Part shown: piece after piece, positions 57,702 through 64,000 of the stretch
Numbering within the stretch: the stretch's first letter is position 1
Layout of the letters: each line of letters starts with the position of its first letter
Origin: Thermoplasmatota archaeon
GTDB taxonomy: Archaea > Thermoplasmatota > E2 > JACPAO01 > JAHFTW01
Direction: 5' to 3'
Length of the DNA: 64,000 nucleotides
Assembly (NCBI GenBank): GCA_041601615.1
Contig: JBFIHX010000012.1
Location: 8,363 to 72,362, forward strand
The notes under the pieces: model-generated
What the model saw: the letters and a program-made list of their open reading frames with translations, nothing else
Database searches by the model: none
What the model was told of the DNA's origin: nothing
Position numbers and translations under genes: made by a program

Positions 57702-58274
57702 ATGGAATGGTCCATCGCGACACTCTGCCTCGAAGCCTCGACCTGTCCCGTCGTGCCCAGGCTGGGAGCCGGCGACCGGGTCCGGTGCAGGTCTCGTGAC
57801 GGGGCCCCCGTCGCCCATGCCACGAGAGAATTGGCCGGCTGGCAGACACTTGCCCCCTGTCGCGGCGGCTATCTGCTGCAACGGGACACCGCGTGCGGGA
57901 CCTGCCCCGTGCGCCGGCTTTCGGGCGGCCTCGTGGCCATCGACGTGGAGGCCCGCGCCGACGGCCTGCGCATCGAGGTCGCCGCGCCCGACCCGGCCGC
58001 CCTCGCCGAAGCCTATCATCGTCTGCGCACCGATGGCCAGCGGCCCCGCATCGTGCGCGGCGGCCGCGGACCCTCCGCGCCGGGAGCCTTTCTCAATCTG
58101 GGCCACCTGAGTCGGCGCCAGCGCAGCGCACTGGAGGCCGCCCGACGCATCGGCTACTTCGAGACTGGCGGCGGGGGCGTGGATGCACTGGCCGCCGAAC
58201 TGGCGTGCGGACGGAGTGCTGCCCACGAACACTTGCGCCGGGGCATGGCCCGGTTGCTGGACGCCGTCTTCTGA
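57702..58274 (+). CDS. Transcription regulator with C-terminal HTH_10 (Bat-like) domain and Cys-containing N-terminus
   Basis: LSRRQRSALEAARRIGYF....LAAEL...RSAAHEHLRR. Confidence 0.85.
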   Translation: MEWSIATLCLEASTCPVVPRLGAGDRVRCRSRDGAPVAHATRELAGWQTLAPCRGGYLLQRDTACGTCPVRRLSGGLVAIDVEARADGLRIEVAAPDPAALAEAYHRLRTDGQRPRIVRGGRGPSAPGAFLNLGHLSRRQRSALEAARRIGYFETGGGGVDALAAELACGRSAAHEHLRRGMARLLDAVF

Positions 58275-58363
58275 ACCGGACCTGTCCGGTGGTTCCACGA
58301 GTGAGAGTCAAGCTTGAGAATCAGGCCCACCACCTATTGCCTGAGCGTGCCACCGCAGATTCC

Positions 58364-59746
58364 ATGGGACGCCAAAGTCATCCCCTCTTTGCTGGTCTTC
58401 TGCTGACCGTCACGGCCATCACGCTCTCCGGTTGTGCAGGCGTCGGCGGCTTCGATTTTCCTGAAACCCACCACATCCGGATGTGGGTGGAGGAGATGGA
58501 CTGGGAACTCCACCCGGGCGTCACGACCAAGGTCTGGGCCTTCTGCGCCGAGGGCGACGCCGTCGAACCGGTCTGGGACGGCCCCTGCGGCGTGCCCGGC
58601 CCGACCATCCGCGTGCGCGAAGGCGACCGCCTCATCATCGAGTTCCAGAACACCCACACCATCCCCCACACCGTCCACTTCCACGGCATGCACCCGTTTG
58701 CCGCCGACATGAACGGCAACGGCATCCTTGGTGACGCCATGGTCGCCGACGCTGGCGAGACCGAGACCATCGAGTGGGTCGCCGACCCCGCTGGTTCCTT
58801 CATCTACCACTGCCACTTCGACACGCCGACCCACATGGACATGGGCATGTACGGCGCCTTCATCGTCGAGCCGCGCGACGCCAAGACCGTACCTGACCAC
58901 GAGTATGTCGCCATCCTCGACGAGTGGCAGGTGCGCGACGAGAACGGCTTCGTCGGCAACATCCCCGATTACAACTACTTCACCATCAACGGGCGCAGCT
59001 TCCCCACCACCCAGGTCTGGTACGCCGAACCCGGCGAGTCCGTCCGCGTCCACATGGTCAACGCCGGCTACGAGTTCCACGCCATGCACCTGCACGGCTA
59101 CATCCCCGACAGCTACGAGGGCGCCAGCGGCCCCGACTGGGCCCGCCCCACGGACGTGCGCGAGATCGCCCCCGGACAGACCGTCGTGCTGGACATCGAC
59201 ACCGCCCGCCCTGGCGTCTGGCTGTTTCACGACCACGTCGTCCCCCGCGTGACCGCCGGAAGCGACGGCAGCGGCTTCGGCGCCTACCCGCGCGGCATGC
59301 TCACCGCTTTCATCGTCGGCCAAGAATACCTCGACGCCGTGCAGGCCGCCGTCCCTGCCCTCCTGGAGGCCGCTGGCAACGACGCCCACGACGCCACCGA
59401 CCACAGCCACGACGCCGCCCCCGCCGAGCCCCAGCCCGCCGCCACTGAACCCACCGACCCCGCGGCCCCCGACCCCGTCGTCGTGCGCATGCAGAACTTC
59501 GCCTTCGACGGCAAGGACATCGAGGTCGAGGTCGGCACGAAGGTGGTCTGGAGCAACAAGGACGGCGCATACCACACGGTCACGTTCGAGGACGGCAGCG
59601 TCGACAGCGGCGAGATCCAGGCCGGCAAGACCTGGAGCCACACCTTCACCGAGCCAGGCACCTACAAGTACTACTGCAAGCCCCACGCCGCCCAGAACAA
59701 CGACGGCGCCTGGCAGGGTATGATCGGAACCGTGGTCGTCGCGTAG
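58364..59746 (+). CDS. Two-domain multicopper oxidase lipoprotein (type C) fused to a C-terminal cupredoxin
   Basis: LSGC lipobox; HTVHFHG, YHCHxxxxxHxxxGM; HAMHLHG, FHDH; C-terminal HTVTF..YYCKPH..GM. Confidence 0.9.
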   Translation: MGRQSHPLFAGLLLTVTAITLSGCAGVGGFDFPETHHIRMWVEEMDWELHPGVTTKVWAFCAEGDAVEPVWDGPCGVPGPTIRVREGDRLIIEFQNTHTIPHTVHFHGMHPFAADMNGNGILGDAMVADAGETETIEWVADPAGSFIYHCHFDTPTHMDMGMYGAFIVEPRDAKTVPDHEYVAILDEWQVRDENGFVGNIPDYNYFTINGRSFPTTQVWYAEPGESVRVHMVNAGYEFHAMHLHGYIPDSYEGASGPDWARPTDVREIAPGQTVVLDIDTARPGVWLFHDHVVPRVTAGSDGSGFGAYPRGMLTAFIVGQEYLDAVQAAVPALLEAAGNDAHDATDHSHDAAPAEPQPAATEPTDPAAPDPVVVRMQNFAFDGKDIEVEVGTKVVWSNKDGAYHTVTFEDGSVDSGEIQAGKTWSHTFTEPGTYKYYCKPHAAQNNDGAWQGMIGTVVVA

Positions 59747-59984
59747 GTCCCCCAGCACCGCCTGCCCAGCCTGCTCTCCTCCCCCTTTTGCTCCCTCGAT
59801 GCCTTCTTGCCTTTCGCGTCCTCGGTTGCAATCTTGCCTGCGCAAATCCCAGGTTGTGCCCACGCACACGAACCGCAGGTGCAGGTAAGACACCGAATGG
59901 TTTCACCTACGCCCAGATTCGAGGGTTTCTTGACGGGGTAGGCGCATGCAGACTCGGAAACGAACCCCTCCATCCCCCACGAAC

Positions 59985-60389
59985 ATGCGCATACGACTCT
60001 GGTTTCCCGGCCGCACCTGCCCCTTGCACGAGGCCCCCGGGCAAGCATGCTGCCTTGCCGCCCCCGACTGCCCGCTTGCCGCCCCCTGCCCCCTGCGCCT
60101 GTGCCCCGCCGATACCGAATATTGGAGCGTCCAAGTGACCCACGACGGCATCATGGCAGACCTCGGCGTCCCCGACGCAATGCACGCGGCCGAAGTCCTG
60201 GACGCCGTGGAAGCAGCCGGCGAAACCGACCTCGTCGCCTGGGGACTCCCGGGGCCCCACCCTGAACTGCCCGTGGTCGTGCGCGGGGCGCTAGCACCGT
60301 TGCTCTTGACCTCGCTGCCGCATAGCCAACTCGTGGACGCGCCGCACCTAACCCACTTGAAGCACAACGCCACTTCGCAACGTTCCTGA
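59985..60389 (+). CDS. Cys-rich hypothetical protein
   Basis: TCPLH..CC..DCP..PCP..LCP; lies inside the copper cluster. Confidence 0.55.
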   Translation: MRIRLWFPGRTCPLHEAPGQACCLAAPDCPLAAPCPLRLCPADTEYWSVQVTHDGIMADLGVPDAMHAAEVLDAVEAAGETDLVAWGLPGPHPELPVVVRGALAPLLLTSLPHSQLVDAPHLTHLKHNATSQRS

Positions 60390-60411
60390 CCAGACCCCCG
60401 CTCGCCGCCTC

Positions 60412-61191
60412 GTGGACTGGGCGTTCGTGGTCGTGGTGCTCGTGGCCCTCGGCGCCAGCACCCTGACGCTGTTTTCCGGCTTCGGCCTCGGAACGCTCCT
60501 GCTGCCCGCTTTCGCGCTCGTCCTACCCCTGGAGGTCGCCGTGGCCGCCACCGCCGTCGTGCACCTTGCCAACAACCTCTGGAAAGGAATCCTGCTTGGT
60601 CGAGCGGCCTCATTCGGCGTCGTGCTGCGCTTTGGCACCCCCGCTGCAATCGCTGCCTTTCTTGGCGCATGGCTCTTGCTGGGCATCGAAACCCACGCCG
60701 TAGCAACTTGGGCCGGCGGCACCATCACGCCCCTGGGGCTCGTCGTCGGCCTCCTGATCGTCGCCTTCGGCCTCTTCGACCTCGTGCCCCGCCTGCGCAA
60801 GTGGAGCGTCGGGCCGCAGCACCTCGTATTGGGCGGCGCACTCTCCGGTTTCTTTGGCGGACTCAGCGGGCACCAGGGCGCGCTACGCAGCGTATTCTTG
60901 ACCAAGCTTGGCCTCACACCCACCACATTCGTCGCTACCGGGACCCTGTGCGCCATCCTCGTGGACGTCAGCCGACTCACGGTGTACGGAACCGCAACGT
61001 GGCAAGAATCAGGCCTACGCATCGCAGAAGCAGGAGGCTGGCCCCTGCTTGCCGCAGCAACCGTCGCAGCATTTGCCGGCGCCGTCATCGGCAAGCGACT
61101 GCTTGGAAAAGTGACGCTGGAAGGAGTCCGCACCGTCGTCGGCGTGCTCCTGCTCCTCGTTGGAGCACTCGTGGCCACCGGCATCGTCTAA
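60412..61191 (+). CDS. TauE/SafE (TSUP) family exporter
   Basis: SGFGLG.LL.P, GGALSGFFGGLSG..G, F.AT; eight TM helices. Confidence 0.88.
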   Translation: MDWAFVVVVLVALGASTLTLFSGFGLGTLLLPAFALVLPLEVAVAATAVVHLANNLWKGILLGRAASFGVVLRFGTPAAIAAFLGAWLLLGIETHAVATWAGGTITPLGLVVGLLIVAFGLFDLVPRLRKWSVGPQHLVLGGALSGFFGGLSGHQGALRSVFLTKLGLTPTTFVATGTLCAILVDVSRLTVYGTATWQESGLRIAEAGGWPLLAAATVAAFAGAVIGKRLLGKVTLEGVRTVVGVLLLLVGALVATGIV

Positions 61192-62132
61192 GGGGATGCT
61201 GACTGGGACCGCGCCTCGGGCACCGGCGCCTCGTCGTCCCGCGCCCGCACCCAAAGGTACACCGAAACGGCACCAAGAACCAGGGCCAAACCAATGCTCT
61301 GCACCAAATCCAGGCGAGCGTCCAGCAACACCCACGCCCAAAACACCGTCCCGGCCAATTCCAAGCCCACGAGCACATTGATGCGGGCCGCAGGCGCATG
61401 GCGAAGACTCGCCTGGAACAATCCAAGCGCCAGGAGCGTCGGAACCAACAGCTGAATGACGGTCCAACCCCACCCGCTTGCAGACACTGAACCAAGTGCC
61501 GGCAGGGGCTCAAACAGCATCGCGCCCAGCAAAAACCACGCACCGCCCGCCGCGAGACTGAACCACAAAAGCGGCTTGAACGGCAACGCATCGTGCTTGC
61601 GCAGCATCACCGTATACGCCGCCCACGAAGCACCCGAACCCACCGCAAGCGCCACGCCGATCAGGTCCACGGAAGCTCCATCGAGGCCGGGCCGGCCCAG
61701 CGTCATCCAACCGCCCACCAGGAGCACCGCGAGTGTTGCCCCAAACACCTTGCCCACTGGCTCCCGCAGCCACATCCAACCAAGAAGCGCCGTCCACAGA
61801 GGCGCCGTGTAGAACCCGAGCGTCGTGAAGGTCGCTGGAAGCCGCGTCTGGCCCAACACGAACAACGTGAAACTGATGCCGTTGCCCATCACTGCCAACG
61901 TCAGAAGATCAAGCCGGCCCGTGTACGACGCCACCGCCCGCCAGTCCGCTCGTGACAAAAGCGGAGCCAGCACCAAGGCCGCCGCGACACCACGAATCGC
62001 CTGCAGCCACAACGGGTCAAACTCCCGCAGCAACAACTCATTGCCCGGAGAAAGCAAGCCCCAGGCAGCGTAGGCGGCCGCACCAAGCAAAAGACCCCGA
62101 CGGACACCCACGACGCGGCCACAGCCAGCCAC
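61188..62132 (-). CDS. DMT/EamA family transporter
   Basis: About 10 TM helices; TAPLW..L..L.E and SWAAY motifs; start approximate. Confidence 0.88.
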   Translation of the reverse strand: MAGCGRVVGVRRGLLLGAAAYAAWGLLSPGNELLLREFDPLWLQAIRGVAAALVLAPLLSRADWRAVASYTGRLDLLTLAVMGNGISFTLFVLGQTRLPATFTTLGFYTAPLWTALLGWMWLREPVGKVFGATLAVLLVGGWMTLGRPGLDGASVDLIGVALAVGSGASWAAYTVMLRKHDALPFKPLLWFSLAAGGAWFLLGAMLFEPLPALGSVSASGWGWTVIQLLVPTLLALGLFQASLRHAPAARINVLVGLELAGTVFWAWVLLDARLDLVQSIGLALVLGAVSVYLWVRARDDEAPVPEARSQSASP

Positions 62133-62239
62133 GAAAAAGCGCTACCGCTGCCCCAGGCGCCAACGAGCAGCCTGGCCGCGTGCCCCAACACCGCGAATTG
62201 GGACAAGGGTCGTATACCATGAAGGAACGCTTCGGGTCC

Positions 62240-63244
62240 ATGAGAGCCTCACCCCTCATCGCGATCCTGCTTGCCCTAACGGCACTCGCTGGATGCACAG
62301 CCGACGATGCAGACGACGACGGCGACACGCCCCCAGTGACCCCGACGCAACCCACCAGCCCGCCCAATTTCGACCCGGCCCCCATGGGACGCGAACTCAC
62401 CAGTCAGGAGATTCAAGAACTGGCCCTCGTGTTCAACGACGAACCCCTCACCGGCGGCCAAGAACCCTGGCCCGCCCACCTGCTGAAATGGATCAACGAC
62501 GACACCTTCGTCCTACTCCACTTCGACAACGACGACCCGCTGCAAGCGACCCAACTGTTGTGGTACGGCATCGGTGTTCGTGGCGTCTTCTGCGCCGAAG
62601 ACCAACCCAGCCCCGACTTCGTGCACTTCCACCAACGCGACGCACCCACCTACGCCGAAGGACACGGCGGCCAAGTAGGCGAGGAAGGCTACTGGCTTCT
62701 GCACCTCAACGTGCGCGACTTCGAAAGTCCCTTTGGCCAAACCGGCGCCCCAGGCGTCCACGAACAATTTGGACCCACACCCGCGCCGAGCTGCGGCGAG
62801 CCCTACACCCATGCAAGCTTCGATCCCATCGGCAGCGACGGCCTCAGCGCCCTCGAACTTGCGGCCCTCGCCCAAGTGTTCGACGACGACATCCTCAAGG
62901 GCGGACAACAACCCTGGCCCGGCCACCTCACTAAGTGGGTAAGCGAAGAGACCTTCCTGCTCATGCACTTCGACAACGATGACCCCACCGAAGCCACTAA
63001 GATGCTCTGGATGGGCCTCGGAGTGCGCAGCACGTTCTGCCAAAGCACACAACCCGACCCCGACTTCACGCATTTCCACAGCAGCCACGCCCCGACCTAC
63101 GCCGAAGGGCACGGCGGAGCAGCCCACCAACCCGGCTACTGGCTCCTGCACGTCGCCACGCACGACTTTGAGAGTCCCTTTAGCCAGACCGGCGGCCCCG
63201 GCGTGGACCCCAACTTCGGCCCCACCGCCGCCGGGGACTGCTGA
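62240..63244 (+). CDS. Lipoprotein with two tandem His-rich ~140-aa domains
   Basis: LAGC lipobox; duplicated HFDNDDP..LW.G.GV..FC..PDF.HFH..APTYAEGHGG..GYWLLH..FGPT.A..C. Confidence 0.85.
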   Translation: MRASPLIAILLALTALAGCTADDADDDGDTPPVTPTQPTSPPNFDPAPMGRELTSQEIQELALVFNDEPLTGGQEPWPAHLLKWINDDTFVLLHFDNDDPLQATQLLWYGIGVRGVFCAEDQPSPDFVHFHQRDAPTYAEGHGGQVGEEGYWLLHLNVRDFESPFGQTGAPGVHEQFGPTPAPSCGEPYTHASFDPIGSDGLSALELAALAQVFDDDILKGGQQPWPGHLTKWVSEETFLLMHFDNDDPTEATKMLWMGLGVRSTFCQSTQPDPDFTHFHSSHAPTYAEGHGGAAHQPGYWLLHVATHDFESPFSQTGGPGVDPNFGPTAAGDC

Positions 63245-63248
63245 TCCC

Positions 63249-63722
63249 GTGCGCGCCCGGCTCCTCGTCATTCCCGTGCTCCTGGTTCTGCTTGCAGCAC
63301 CCGCCGCAGAGGCAGCAACCCACACAGTGACCACCATGGCCACGGGCGACTCCAGCACCCCGTTCGCCTTCAGCCCCGAATCCCTCACCATCCAAGTGGG
63401 GGACACGGTGCGCTGGGTCAACGGCGACGGCACCTACCACACCACCACGAGTCGCGGAACCGGCGGAGCCTCCAATGGCGCCCTCTGGGAAGGCATCCTT
63501 GATCGCCAAGGCGCCACCTTCGAACACACGTTCACGGAGGTCGGCACCTTCCCGTACTTCTGCTCGCCTCACGCCAGCTTCATGACTGGCGCTATCGTAG
63601 TCACGGACGACGAAACGGGCGGAGGAAACGGCGGCACGGGCGGCGACAATGAATCTCCGGGATTCACGCCGATGGTGATGTTGGTTGCGCTGGCCTTGGC
63701 GTTGCTGGGGCGCAGGCGGTAG
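63249..63722 (+). CDS. Plastocyanin/azurin-type cupredoxin with PGF-CTERM-like anchor
   Basis: FSPESLTIQVGDTVRW, HTTTS, YFCSPH...M type-1 Cu ligands; C-terminal SPGF + TM + RRR. Confidence 0.9.
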   Translation: MRARLLVIPVLLVLLAAPAAEAATHTVTTMATGDSSTPFAFSPESLTIQVGDTVRWVNGDGTYHTTTSRGTGGASNGALWEGILDRQGATFEHTFTEVGTFPYFCSPHASFMTGAIVVTDDETGGGNGGTGGDNESPGFTPMVMLVALALALLGRRR

Positions 63723-63734
63723 GTTCCAAGAGGC

Positions 63735-63766
63735 CTCCTTTTTCCTCATTTTCCCCTTTGTTTCTC
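63735..63766 (+). terminator. Polypyrimidine terminator-like tract
   Basis: CTCCTTTTTCCTCATTTTCCCCTTTGTTTCTC directly after the cupredoxin stop. Confidence 0.5.
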
Positions 63767-63771
63767 GCGCT

Positions 63772-63799
63772 CGTGATAATGCCTATAAGCATGATCACG
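63772..63799. promoter_or_regulatory. 11-6-11 inverted repeat around a TATA-like hexamer
   Basis: CGTGATAATGC-CTATAA-GCATGATCACG (10/11 complementary arms). Confidence 0.5.
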
Positions 63800-63841
63800 C
63801 AGGTGATAATCAGCTCGCTTCCTTGACAAGCACGCCCAAGC

Positions 63842-64000
63842 CAAGCCGCCCTTCGGCCACCTCGCCTACGCCGAGACTTCGCTACGCGCAGTCTCGCCGA
63901 GGGTCAAGCCGCCCTCTGGCAGCCTCGCCTACGCCGAGACTTCGCTACGCGCAGTCTCGCCGAGGGTCAAGCCGCCCTCTGGCAGCCTCGCCTACGCCGA
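63842..64000. repeat. 63-bp tandem repeat with internal hairpin GAGACT-TCGCTACGCGC-AGTCTC; runs off the window
   Basis: CAAGCCGCCC at 63842, 63905 and 63968; the partial third copy is identical to copy 2 as far as visible. Confidence 0.9.

Noticed and set aside
58280-58300. TCPVVPR peptide repeated from the regulator N-terminus (57741-57761) as a gene relic
   Set aside because: Only 7 codons, overlapping the candidate operator palindrome, with no further similarity; probably coincidence
56056-59746. Copper nitrite reductase (nirK)
   Set aside because: Both proteins have HCH and paired HxH motifs for a trinuclear cluster and lack the NirK DxH-type signature
63842-64000. CRISPR array or coding repeat
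   Set aside because: Whole units repeat with no variable spacer; frames are open but there is no convincing start, and conservation is at the DNA hairpin level

Overview
A gene-dense, high-GC archaeal chromosome segment. Archaeal informational genes (PCNA, PriS/PriL, GINS, L44e, S27e, TFS/RpoM, aIF-5A, archaeal DnaG) sit among many bacterial-type metabolic genes and Cys-lipobox lipoproteins. This mix suggests an uncultured Thermoplasmatota lineage (inference). Left of ~38.6 kb most genes are on the minus strand and the + strand is G/T-rich; to the right most genes are on the plus strand and the + strand is C/A-rich. Accessory or unusual elements: (1) an AbiE/type IV TA-like pair whose antitoxin carries an apparently intact NucS-like PD-(D/E)xK nuclease, preceded by four GTTCAGTGAA(C/A) palindromes; (2) an AT-rich islet with a Cys-rich secreted protein and a divergent lipoprotein; (3) a parS/ORB-like 16-mer upstream of the PCNA-primase operon; (4) REP-like palindromic repeats at 17.5, 26.1 and 63.9 kb; (5) a ~950-aa secreted beta-helix protein with a long coiled-coil insert; (6) a candidate structured RNA leader of dnaG; (7) a surface copper locus (two type-C two-domain multicopper oxidases, HTH regulator, TauE, a His-rich tandem-domain lipoprotein and a PGF-CTERM cupredoxin). 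No rRNA, tRNA, CRISPR-cas or transposase was recognised. All calls come from motif recognition by eye, without database searches.
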